The notes under the pieces were generated by a model that worked only from the letters and a program-made list of their open reading frames with translations, made no database searches and had not been told where the DNA came from. This document shows positions 18,166 to 27,191 of a stretch of DNA of 53,870 bases, one piece after another. Position 1 is the stretch's first letter. Each line of letters starts with the position of its first letter. The translations under genes and the position numbers were made by a program. The stretch comes from a virus: the IMG/VR virus record IMGVR_UViG_3300037842_000514; one strand, given 5' to 3'.

Positions 18166-19536
18166 TTATTCAAATCCAGTTGTAGTTTTAAAGTCTTTAT
18201 ATTTAGTCGCCAACGTCTTTCTAATAACATCATCTCTACTATCCATCTTTTTTTGTGCTATCTTACCACCGGCTGATAAATCCTCATATATATCTATCTT
18301 TCCAATATTAGTGTTCATATTCATCGGATATGTGATACCATCTAGGCCAAATCTATTTTTTATAACGTGTGCTCTTGCAGTATTGCTGATTTTATCATCA
18401 ACTTTTCTACTAATAGATATTATAAAATCCGCCGTCATGACTTTACTATAAGCTTCAGCTACTTTACTTGCATCGATAACATCTTCGTCGAGGGAGCTCC
18501 TGTTTGCTTGAGATGCTGTCCATATAGGACAGTCAATCTCTCCCGCTAATCCTCGTAAATCTTCATATATACTACCCAGTTGATGTCGCATTTCCTTATA
18601 ATTGCTAGTGTCTCTGAGTATGTCAGCATAATCTACTAACACTAAATCAGGATCAATACCTTGTAACTCCATCTGCTTTAAATGTGCTGCTAAAGTTGGT
18701 ACAGTTGCAGATCTAGTTGGATAGTATTTTATTACTAATTTTCCTGATATTGTGTTTATTTTCCGTTCAACTTCTTCTTTATGAAATTTAATATTCGCTG
18801 TTGGAATGCCTGATATTATAGTATCAAATCTCAAACCCACATAATTTTGATTCAATTCCAAAGTATAATAAACTACAGTTAATCCTTTTTTAATCCCATG
18901 AGCTCCTATCGACTGCAATAACCAAGACTTACCTATACCTGCAGGTGCTACTACAACTCCGAGTTCACCCTTACCTAAACCACCATCCATCAATTCATTA
19001 ATAGGATCCCAAGGAGTTTCTACAACATCTCTAGCAGAATTTGCTAATCTCTCATCCAACCCTTCAGTGTAATCGTGCCCTAAATCCCTCTCAGTTCCAG
19101 CCTTCATAGCTTCATCTATTATTTTTTTAATATCATCATATTTTCTGAGCTCTAATAAATTTACAGATTCTAGTATGGCATTTTTCAATACCTGATTCTT
19201 ACAGAATTCTATAGTTTCAGTCTTTACAAATTCTAAATCTGTAGACTCTATATATTTCCAAGCTTCCTTTAAATTCTCAATTACAGACACTTGTAGTATA
19301 TCATCATCCATTGCATTGATTTTAACTTTTAACACTTCAAGCGTTGGAGTTGTTTTATATTCGTGAAAATAATCTCTAATATTTGTAACTAAAAATCTAT
19401 TTGCATCTGAGTCGAAGTATTTTGATTCTAATATGTCAGATATAGTCTGAAAAAACTTCTTATCTAACAATAGAGATGTGATAATTTTAGATTGGAATGT
19501 TGGACCAAATTGTGTTAATGTTGTATTATTCCCCAT
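18166..19536 (-). CDS. DnaB-like replicative helicase (T4 gp41-like)
   Basis: APAGIGKS, VLVDYAD, WTASQANR, KNRFG. Likely start MGNN at 19536. Confidence 0.92.
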   Translation of the reverse strand: MGNNTTLTQFGPTFQSKIITSLLLDKKFFQTISDILESKYFDSDANRFLVTNIRDYFHEYKTTPTLEVLKVKINAMDDDILQVSVIENLKEAWKYIESTDLEFVKTETIEFCKNQVLKNAILESVNLLELRKYDDIKKIIDEAMKAGTERDLGHDYTEGLDERLANSARDVVETPWDPINELMDGGLGKGELGVVVAPAGIGKSWLLQSIGAHGIKKGLTVVYYTLELNQNYVGLRFDTIISGIPTANIKFHKEEVERKINTISGKLVIKYYPTRSATVPTLAAHLKQMELQGIDPDLVLVDYADILRDTSNYKEMRHQLGSIYEDLRGLAGEIDCPIWTASQANRSSLDEDVIDASKVAEAYSKVMTADFIISISRKVDDKISNTARAHVIKNRFGLDGITYPMNMNTNIGKIDIYEDLSAGGKIAQKKMDSRDDVIRKTLATKYKDFKTTTGFE

Positions 19537-19705
19537 ACAATAATCGTCCTCTCTCACTCTTTATTTTTTCCATTTTATTTTTTCTATAACGTGCAATCGC
19601 TTTGGCTCTAATTGTTTTTTTATTGCGCTCGTAATATTCCATTTGCCACTTTAATTGAGCTTCTTTCTTTTCTTCTTTAGTAATATATTTTCGTTTACGA
19701 CCCAT
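19526..19705 (-). CDS. 59-aa highly basic protein
   Basis: Manual translation MGRKRKYITKEEKKEAQLKWQMEYYERNKKTIRAK...; fills the gap and overlaps both neighbours. Confidence 0.6.
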   Translation of the reverse strand: MGRKRKYITKEEKKEAQLKWQMEYYERNKKTIRAKAIARYRKNKMEKIKSERGRLLYGE

Positions 19706-20762
19706 TATATTCTTTAGCTAATCTATTTAACTTAGACCACGATTGATTTAACCAAGATTCGAAATTGGGTATACCATTAAACATTCTATCCTTCATGAAT
19801 TCTAATTGGAAATGTGGTTTATTTAAGATAGGAACCTTCCCTCTAACTATATCATTGATCTTCAATTTTGCATTATTTGATATGTCAACTTCATGTAACT
19901 GCATTAATTTGTAATTTAGTTCTAATTGATCTTTAGAAGCTACAACATTTCTAAATATTTTCAATAAATCTTTATTCTTTTCTGAAAACTCTAAGAGGTC
20001 TTTGATATTAAATGCATTATTCTCATCTAAAATACCCGGAAATCTTTTCTTAATTGTTTTAAATCCTGCACCTTGTACTCCAGGAATATTATCTGATTTA
20101 TCACCTTCCATCACTCTACCCATCAGAAAATTTATGCATGGGATGCCATACTCTTCAAATAAATTGTCAGGCTTATATAACTTTTTCTTAGTAGGGCTCC
20201 ATACACTAATTCTATCATCTACCAATTGTAAAAAATCTTTATCTGAAGACATTAATATAATATTATTATTTGATTTGTTTAAAATTTGTTTAGTGATGTA
20301 AGCCATAGTATCGTCAGCTTCTATATTATCGATAGCTATAGTGCTTATAGGTAAAAACTCTAAATACTTTGATACCATCGATAATTGCATCATCATATTT
20401 TGGCGCTCATCAGCATGAGAATTAAAATTTGATACTCTATTGAGTCTAGATTTAACTTTTCTGTTAGCTTTATAATCTGGATACAATTTACGGCGACGGA
20501 CGGACCCACCCTTACCATCAAATACGATGATACATCGAGTGGGTCCTAATAATTTCACAGCATAACCAACTGATTTTAAAAAACCTACTATTCCCCCAAT
20601 GTGAACTCCATCTTCATTGAGAGTAGGTATAACGCTAAATACTCGTATAAAAGTATTTAATCCATCTATAATCAGTACTTTATCATTAATGTCCCCTGTG
20701 TCGGACTTCCCGCCATGTTTTTTTATTTCTTCTAATATCGATAAATATTTATCATTACTCAT
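19695..20762 (-). CDS. 5'-3' exonuclease/flap endonuclease (T4 RNase H-like)
   Basis: IIDGLN, FDGKGG, YKANR, EADD, SSDKDF, GDKSDNIPGV.G.G.KT. Confidence 0.92.
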   Translation of the reverse strand: MSNDKYLSILEEIKKHGGKSDTGDINDKVLIIDGLNTFIRVFSVIPTLNEDGVHIGGIVGFLKSVGYAVKLLGPTRCIIVFDGKGGSVRRRKLYPDYKANRKVKSRLNRVSNFNSHADERQNMMMQLSMVSKYLEFLPISTIAIDNIEADDTMAYITKQILNKSNNNIILMSSDKDFLQLVDDRISVWSPTKKKLYKPDNLFEEYGIPCINFLMGRVMEGDKSDNIPGVQGAGFKTIKKRFPGILDENNAFNIKDLLEFSEKNKDLLKIFRNVVASKDQLELNYKLMQLHEVDISNNAKLKINDIVRGKVPILNKPHFQLEFMKDRMFNGIPNFESWLNQSWSKLNRLAKEYNGS

Positions 20763-21186
20763 CGCCGGTCACATCTTCAGTAAATTGAACATCATCTATA
20801 CCCAAATTTGCAGTTTTATATTGCAACACCATTTTATCACATATCAAATCATAGAGATAGTTTTTTAGTCCATCAACTTCAGCTAGTTTTAATTCAAACT
20901 CCTTTGATAGAAATTTCACATCTTTACCATTGTAGTTTACAGTATACCACGCTCCACCTTGTTTGATCAAATTATGCTCTTTTAGCACTGTCAACCATCC
21001 ACCGTAATTATCAATTCCTTTATCAAAGTACATATCATAATCTGCATGACGTAGTGGTGGGCCTAATCTATTTTTAATAACTTGAGCTCGACATTTCATT
21101 CCTAGTACGTTCTTCTTAGCGGTATCTTTAATTTGACCCATATTTTTTAATCTAAGTCTAGTAGATGCGTGGAATGGTAATGCTTT
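20755..21186 (-). CDS. recA: RecA/UvsX recombinase, 3' exon
   Basis: KALPFHASTRLRL...KNRLGPP...GAWY; the upstream ATG in the ORF track (21237) lies inside the intron. Confidence 0.88.
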   Translation of the reverse strand, partial: KALPFHASTRLRLKNMGQIKDTAKKNVLGMKCRAQVIKNRLGPPLRHADYDMYFDKGIDNYGGWLTVLKEHNLIKQGGAWYTVNYNGKDVKFLSKEFELKLAEVDGLKNYLYDLICDKMVLQYKTANLGIDDVQFTEDVTGDE

Positions 21187-22379
21187 CAATTTTGTTATCG
21201 TATAATCATTTAAATTATACATCTTATAATTTCTCATAAGTTCGGACTATATCTTTACCAAAATTTTGAATTAATTTTAATACATTCTTCTCTGTTATAT
21301 CAGATCCAAATATACGACATACGTTATATCCACATTCTTTTATTTCATTCAAACGAATATTATCTTTATCCCATACTGATTGAGCTGTTACTACTCTATT
21401 TCCTGGATATTTAATTAATTCATCTGAATCGTATTTCTTTGGATTTGCATGCCAATAATCACCATCCACTTCAAATACTAAATTGAAGTCTGGTAAATAA
21501 AAATCGACATAATATGCTTTTATTTTATCGTATTGATGTATATAGTTTATACCGCTATCTTCCAAAATACTTTTTACTTTTAATTCAATTTTAGTATTTC
21601 TAGAACCGCCAGGTATTTTATTTTTATATTTCCAATTCTGTAATCTTAGATCAGCTTCATCTTTTCCATATTTTTCAAACCACCTTTGCCAATTAGATTT
21701 TCCATAATGGTGATGAGCTGAACCTGTAATTGAACTCCACATTATACTTTCTGGATGATCGTTTACGTATTCTTTCATCACTTTACTGTGATTTTTTCTA
21801 TATTCAGCACTTTGAACTGCTTTTTTTACAGCATCCTTTCTTTTCTGAGAATGTCTACTTATGTCGTTCATTTTACGGCAATGGTTTTTATTACCATCAG
21901 AATAAATCCATTTTGCAAATTTATCGAAATGTGCGTTGGAAATCATTTTTGAATTTGGAAATGATAACTTATATTCATCAGTTGTCATTTTATGTTTAGT
22001 TTTTAAATGTGTATTTGTGATTGATTTAAAATCTGTATTACACAATTCACACTTTATTAATTCACTATTTTGGTATTCAGCGCTCGTGTTATTTTCATCT
22101 TCGTTATACATTTTACTCTCCATTATATCTTTATACATATAAATATAATGAAATGGGAAAACTTTACCCAATTTTTGTATATTAGTTTGAAGATTACTCA
22201 TATTAGTCTCTGAACCTTATTCTCATCACTGAGAGTCTTGGCTGCTGATTGTCCAATCCTACTTTTTTCAAACCGTCACGATTGTCATTACTAACTGCGT
22301 TGTGGTAAGTTAGGCTATCAGGAGTTTCCAGCAATTCACCGAATGTTTTATAGTGGAGGCAAAACATTACTTACGCAAT
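21187..22379 (-). mobile_element. group I intron (1193 nt) in recA carrying a homing endonuclease gene
   Basis: Exon AGTGGTGGT pairs with IGS GCCTCCACT (22352-22360). P GAATTGCTGGAAA, Q AATCAGCAGCCAAG, R GGTTCAGAGACTA (22204-22216), S AAGATATAGTCC (21244-21255), terminal G at 21187. Splicing yields TTSGG|KALPFH. Confidence 0.92.
21224..22111 (-). CDS. intron-encoded Vsr-like (EDxHD) homing endonuclease with an N-terminal C2H2-like finger
   Basis: CELC...H...H; YYVDFY...FEVDGDYWH...DKD. GGAG RBS before ATG 22111 (the ORF stays open up to 22201). Confidence 0.8.
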   Translation of the reverse strand: MYNEDENNTSAEYQNSELIKCELCNTDFKSITNTHLKTKHKMTTDEYKLSFPNSKMISNAHFDKFAKWIYSDGNKNHCRKMNDISRHSQKRKDAVKKAVQSAEYRKNHSKVMKEYVNDHPESIMWSSITGSAHHHYGKSNWQRWFEKYGKDEADLRLQNWKYKNKIPGGSRNTKIELKVKSILEDSGINYIHQYDKIKAYYVDFYLPDFNLVFEVDGDYWHANPKKYDSDELIKYPGNRVVTAQSVWDKDNIRLNEIKECGYNVCRIFGSDITEKNVLKLIQNFGKDIVRTYEKL

Positions 22380-22751
22380 ACCACCACTCGTTGTGTTATG
22401 ATTTACATATCCATTTGCAATATAATTTTCATTATCTTCTACGGATATATCAACAACATTTATTTCATCGTCCACTTTTTTAGCATCTGGATGATTTTTT
22501 AGATGCATGTAGCTATTATCACTACATTTTACTCTATGATTTCCTGTACCTTTTAAATCTCCCAATTTATAATGAGATTTAACTTTAGGTTTAACAAGAA
22601 AATCAAGAATTTGTTTATACTCAACATCACCATCATTATTGACTGATTCTACTTCCAATCCCATACCACTTAAATCTAATGATTCTGGATTATTGTAGTT
22701 CATATCAAATAATTCAGTAAGTTGAGCCATACTAACTGTTTTTTCTATCAT
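22380..22751 (-). CDS. atypically split intein C-fragment (119 aa, 22395-22751) plus a 5-codon RecA exon TTSGG
   Basis: Block B TGNH, block F VVDISVEDNENYIANG, block G HN/T. Confidence 0.87.
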
Positions 22752-23514
22752 TGGTATTCTCCTGTGTCATTTGTTGTAATTTATTATGATATTCACCAAA
22801 AAAAGGTGAATCTTCATCGTATCGTATCTTAATATTAGTTGTTTCAGGATCAACACACCATGGATCTCCAAAGGACACACCTAATTTCTGACGTAGTTGA
22901 TTAGTAAACACTAAAGCTATTTTCTGCCGTCCTATCATTTGAGTAATCTTTCTTAACGCTTTTGAGATAATAATAGCCTTTGCTGTAGCCCAACCATCTT
23001 TATCAAAATCTGCTTCTAATTCTACTTTAGTAGTTGCTGCCGCTAACGAATCCACTAAAATTGTAACTAATCTATCTTTATCGGATTCTCTAACTTTAGT
23101 AACGATTTCTTCAATAGCACTAAATATATCTTCTACAGTTTCCAAATGTAGATAGAGCATATTAGACACATCTACCCCAATAGCTTCCAAAAACTGTTTG
23201 CTAACTGACGTTTCAGTATCCACATAAACTGCCACTCCACCCTTTTTCTGCGTTTCAGTTAGAATATGTGCTCCTAATAGAGATTTTCCACTGGATTCTA
23301 ATCCAGTAATTTCAGTGATTCTACCTACTGCAATACCACCATCTTTCCGATTCGATATTGCTAAATCTAACATCGATGATCCTGTTGAGATAAAATCGCT
23401 AATATCTGTAGGTGTACTATCTGTTCCATCTAGAAAGTATGCAACTTTCATATCTTTAAATTGTTTATTTATATTATCAGCCAAGACATTAGCTAATTCG
23501 TCTCTTATAGACAT
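22732..23514 (-). CDS. recA: RecA/UvsX N-terminal part fused to a short intein N-fragment (41 aa, 22735-22857)
   Basis: GLESSGKS, ILVDSLA, FTNQLRQK.GV.FGDPW|CVDPETT (intein block A), then a stop. Confidence 0.92.
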   Translation of the reverse strand: MSIRDELANVLADNINKQFKDMKVAYFLDGTDSTPTDISDFISTGSSMLDLAISNRKDGGIAVGRITEITGLESSGKSLLGAHILTETQKKGGVAVYVDTETSVSKQFLEAIGVDVSNMLYLHLETVEDIFSAIEEIVTKVRESDKDRLVTILVDSLAAATTKVELEADFDKDGWATAKAIIISKALRKITQMIGRQKIALVFTNQLRQKLGVSFGDPWCVDPETTNIKIRYDEDSPFFGEYHNKLQQMTQENTNDRKNS

Positions 23515-23530
23515 GTAATTCTCCTATAAC

Positions 23531-23558
23531 TAAAATGGGGGGTTATAAAACCCCCCAT
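23531..23558 (-). terminator. intrinsic terminator downstream of ssb
   Basis: 10-bp perfect stem ATGGGGGGTT-ttat-AACCCCCCAT followed by TTTT on the minus strand. Confidence 0.75.
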
Positions 23559-23567
23559 GACTATTGA

Positions 23568-24317
23568 TTATTTATTGAACAAGTCGTCGAACGCTGCAGT
23601 TGCATCTGATGTAGTAGGTGTTGTTGAAGCAATACTTGATTTAGCATCACCAACTTCTTCCTTCTCATCACCACCAGATAACCAAGTCTGTAGAGCTTCA
23701 GCTAGATCGTCGTATGAAAGCTCTTGATAAACATCCATAATGTCCTTTTGATTCTCGATCAAATTCTCAAGAATAGCAACATCATCAGTGATTGGTGATT
23801 GGTTCGGTTTAACTCGAACTGATGTAGATGGAAAATTCTTTCCAGTTTCTTCTGCTGTTTTAAACTCAACGGCAATATCACGACCGTTAATAGGATCTGT
23901 AATATCACCGTAGTCTGGATCCGCCATCACACCAAGTAACTCTTGATATACTAGCTTACCAAAACCCCAAAACTTTACACCTTGAGCTTCCTCACCTCGA
24001 ACTACCATCGGAGCAAAAGTTCTCATTTTAGCTTCTAACTTTTTACCAAGTTTCCAATCATCACGATTCCCTGAAGATTTTAGTTTATTAGCAAATTCTT
24101 CAATTGGGTCTGGACGGCCGAATGATGTTGGTGATAAATAAGTTTTCCCACCCAAATCATAATGAAAGAATAATTCAATAAACGGAATATCCTTACTATA
24201 TTTATTTGGTACTATACGTATTTGAGTCTTTCCTGGTTGAGGTTTCCACAAGTTTGATGTTCTTGTATTGGTTGTTTGTAACTGATTGAGTCGTTTCCTA
24301 ATTGCATCTAAGTCCAT
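23568..24317 (-). CDS. single-stranded DNA-binding protein (T4 gp32-like)
   Basis: WKPQPG...IRIVP, FWGFGK, ITDPINGRDI; acidic C-terminal tail ending AFDDLF. Confidence 0.82.
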   Translation of the reverse strand: MDLDAIRKRLNQLQTTNTRTSNLWKPQPGKTQIRIVPNKYSKDIPFIELFFHYDLGGKTYLSPTSFGRPDPIEEFANKLKSSGNRDDWKLGKKLEAKMRTFAPMVVRGEEAQGVKFWGFGKLVYQELLGVMADPDYGDITDPINGRDIAVEFKTAEETGKNFPSTSVRVKPNQSPITDDVAILENLIENQKDIMDVYQELSYDDLAEALQTWLSGGDEKEEVGDAKSSIASTTPTTSDATAAFDDLFNK

Positions 24318-24419
24318 TAGTTAATCTCCTATATGTTTATTTGTTATTTTGTATTTTTTAGTTACTCCATGTAACCGCTTCTAATATATATATATACTAG
24401 TTTTTTTAAAACAATCGAT

Positions 24420-24818
24420 TTATTTTCCGACGTTTACTATTTTATATAATTTTGTTGCAACTATATGCAATCCACCATCATTCGTTAAAAGTAAACTATT
24501 TGTGTACTTGCTCCAATCTAAAGGAAACGATTTATCTAACTCACCACCATTTGCACTTCTGATAGCTTCATTTAATGCATTAATGGTGTATAGCGTATTC
24601 GTTTGTTTTTTACGGTGTAGTGAAATAGTATCTGTAGTCTCTGCATAATGGTCTTTATCTTCTTCAATATTATAAGTACATATCATTTGATTAGAATCGT
24701 GTTTATTCGAAAATATGTATATTTTATCAAATATGATATCATGACATGCTATTATCAAATCGACTATATCGTCTACCTTATCTTCAGTAGTAAATGTGCA
24801 AAGGAGTTGAGTTTTCAT
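24420..24818 (-). CDS. hypothetical protein
   Basis: 132 aa ORF, QLLCTFT...HRKKQTNTLYTINALN. Confidence 0.6.
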   Translation of the reverse strand: MKTQLLCTFTTEDKVDDIVDLIIACHDIIFDKIYIFSNKHDSNQMICTYNIEEDKDHYAETTDTISLHRKKQTNTLYTINALNEAIRSANGGELDKSFPLDWSKYTNSLLLTNDGGLHIVATKLYKIVNVGK

Positions 24819-24821
24819 ACT

Positions 24822-26075
24822 TTATATTTTTATCTGAAATACTGCACCTTGAGTGCTAGCTTTTGATGTAAAACTAGGTGCAGCTGATATTGATACTTTA
24901 CTTAAAATATTTTGTACATCCTTGTTTTGCACTACAGCCAACTTACCACTTCTATCTAATATTATAATCGTATCGAAACCTTCACCGTCCATATAATGTT
25001 GCATGTTAGCTGATAGTAAATTTGATTTAAATTTTCCATTAGTAGCTTTATCTTTCACAATTCCATCAGATCCCACTTGGTCTATAGCTTTCTTCAAAAA
25101 CCCCAAAGCTTTTCCTTTAATGCCAACGTACATTTGTTCGAGTCCAACCTGCCATATTCGTTTGATATCCTTAGACGTTATGTTTCCCGAACTATTTTTT
25201 ATCAAAAAACTACCAATTTTATCTATAGCCCAATTACCTTTAGTCATATTATACTCAGTTCCACCAGCTTTTGGGATTGCAATACTCTTAGCGTTTTTTG
25301 GATACTTCTTAGCGATGAGAGATTCTAACTCTTTCTGAAAAATACGACCAGCTGTCAATCCTTCTTGAAAACCGTGTTGCCCTCTAAGTCTACCACCAGA
25401 ACCTTTAACTTCAACTGGCTTTCCATGTACTGTAATATCTCCTGCACCAGTAGCCATAGACCCTCCATCTAACAGTATAGCTAATGCAGCTTCCCCTGAA
25501 CCTACTGCAGGTGACCCCACCCATTGATAATTAATCAACCACTTCAAAAAGTCTAAATTTATTCCAGTCGATTTTAATGCTGATTGTAATGTTTTTCCGT
25601 GAAGTGAGCTGATTTTTAAAGATCTATTGTCTATATAAGTTACGAACTTTTCGGGATTTGGAAAAGAAAATGCAGCGTCAGCTACCTCTACAGCATATTT
25701 CTTATCTATATTGACATCGCTGATTTTGTCTATTAATTTATAATATGCTACTTGATCGCGTTGCACTAAACTAAGCATTTGATCTATAATGTTTTGGTCG
25801 AAAATATTATTACTAGTTAAATAATTAATGATATTTTCTATATCTTTACTGCGAGCTTTTTGTATGGGTGATTTTTTATTAGGAGCTTTTGATGATTCTA
25901 CAAATAAGTCTCTAGTTTGCAACGTAGCCACCACTTCTTCAACTACGACAAGGTTCATTCCCATACCAGTCATTACTTTTCGTAAAACGTTAAGATGTAC
26001 TTGATTATCAACATCTGGGGTTCCATCTAGTATTCTATAAGACCATTCGTTTAATATTTTATCTAAAATGTTCAT
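24822..26075 (-). CDS. hypothetical protein with a probable PD-(D/E)XK nuclease domain
   Basis: GSGE...GDITVHGKPVEVKG. Likely start MNILDKILNEW at 26075. Confidence 0.5.
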   Translation of the reverse strand: MNILDKILNEWSYRILDGTPDVDNQVHLNVLRKVMTGMGMNLVVVEEVVATLQTRDLFVESSKAPNKKSPIQKARSKDIENIINYLTSNNIFDQNIIDQMLSLVQRDQVAYYKLIDKISDVNIDKKYAVEVADAAFSFPNPEKFVTYIDNRSLKISSLHGKTLQSALKSTGINLDFLKWLINYQWVGSPAVGSGEAALAILLDGGSMATGAGDITVHGKPVEVKGSGGRLRGQHGFQEGLTAGRIFQKELESLIAKKYPKNAKSIAIPKAGGTEYNMTKGNWAIDKIGSFLIKNSSGNITSKDIKRIWQVGLEQMYVGIKGKALGFLKKAIDQVGSDGIVKDKATNGKFKSNLLSANMQHYMDGEGFDTIIILDRSGKLAVVQNKDVQNILSKVSISAAPSFTSKASTQGAVFQIKI

Positions 26076-26079
26076 ATGT

Positions 26080-26886
26080 TTATTTCCCCAGGAAATGACT
26101 ACTACCCATGAACGTTCCACCAACTTTAGTATATTTCAATACATCTTTTGATGTAAACTTGTTGCCATAATACATATAATCCCCTTTAACAGTTTTAGGT
26201 CCATTTTTACAACTTAAAGTTCCATCACCAGGTGCGAAGTTTCCGTTTATAATACTTGGAACTCCAGTTAAGTCTTTTATTTTAGGTTCAAATGCTACGT
26301 AATAATCATTCCCAACTGACGTAGGACCCCCAACCAATGATGTTAAAACGCGACTTGCGGCGTTGAATGATCCACCAACTTTACTAGTACATCCAGCTAA
26401 CGTTTTATATGATCCAAATACATCCCAATCACCCGGTACCGATTTAGGTGAACCTTTCAATGATGTGATTGACTTATTATGTATACCAAATTTTCCTTTT
26501 ACTTTAACATTAGATAACCCTTCAAGTGATGTTAAACTTTCACAGTATCTGATGTTTAGGGGGCCTTTTATAGTAGTAGGCATACCTTTAAGACTTTTCA
26601 GATTATTATTATCGATGATATTAACATGTCCAGCTGTTTTTGGACTTCCTTCTAAAGTCGTTAATTTATTACACCCATCTATTGTGTACTCTTTTGGGGC
26701 TGCACTCGGAAAATCTGGAATGTCAGTAAGTTTTCCTACATTCTTGTTAATCAGTACCAAGTTTCTTTTTTTCTTCCACTCTGCTGATGAAGGATTCCAG
26801 TAGATTGGCGTTTTAGCTTCATTCAGATTCTGAATTTGAATTTCTTCTCTAATAATTTGTCTCAATTGTGTTTTAGTTATTTTCAT
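26080..26886 (-). CDS. LRR-like solenoid repeat protein with the shared MKITKTQLR leader
   Basis: About 9 repeats of LxSLxGxPxxVxG with ~22-aa period. Confidence 0.65.
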   Translation of the reverse strand: MKITKTQLRQIIREEIQIQNLNEAKTPIYWNPSSAEWKKKRNLVLINKNVGKLTDIPDFPSAAPKEYTIDGCNKLTTLEGSPKTAGHVNIIDNNNLKSLKGMPTTIKGPLNIRYCESLTSLEGLSNVKVKGKFGIHNKSITSLKGSPKSVPGDWDVFGSYKTLAGCTSKVGGSFNAASRVLTSLVGGPTSVGNDYYVAFEPKIKDLTGVPSIINGNFAPGDGTLSCKNGPKTVKGDYMYYGNKFTSKDVLKYTKVGGTFMGSSHFLGK

Positions 26887-26915
26887 AGTTTTAGTTCTCC
26901 GTGATTTAGTTATTT

Positions 26916-27191
26916 TTATAATGATTTCTTTAAAGCTTTGATTAAAGCATTCATCATTCCATCGGTAACTTGTCCTTCAAGTTTTTCAAAGTCACCATCA
27001 GAAAGTCCAGAATCTTCGAAAGGAAACCCTTCCCATAAGAATTCTGTCAAATTATTATGAATATCGTTTGCCCATTGTTTTACAGACTTATTCTTTAATG
27101 GTACCGTACCTTCTTTCACTCGACGTTTAGAGTGTGATTTTGATAGTTCTTCTTTGATCATTTTTCTTAATTGTGTTTTAGTTATTTTCAT
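26916..27191 (-). CDS. hypothetical protein with the MKITKTQLR leader
   Basis: 91 aa; GGAG RBS. Confidence 0.65.
   Translation of the reverse strand: MKITKTQLRKMIKEELSKSHSKRRVKEGTVPLKNKSVKQWANDIHNNLTEFLWEGFPFEDSGLSDGDFEKLEGQVTDGMMNALIKALKKSL

Noticed and set aside
20755-21237. ORF starting MRNYKMY as an independent gene
   Set aside because: Its first 17 codons are intron sequence; RecA homology begins at KALPF.
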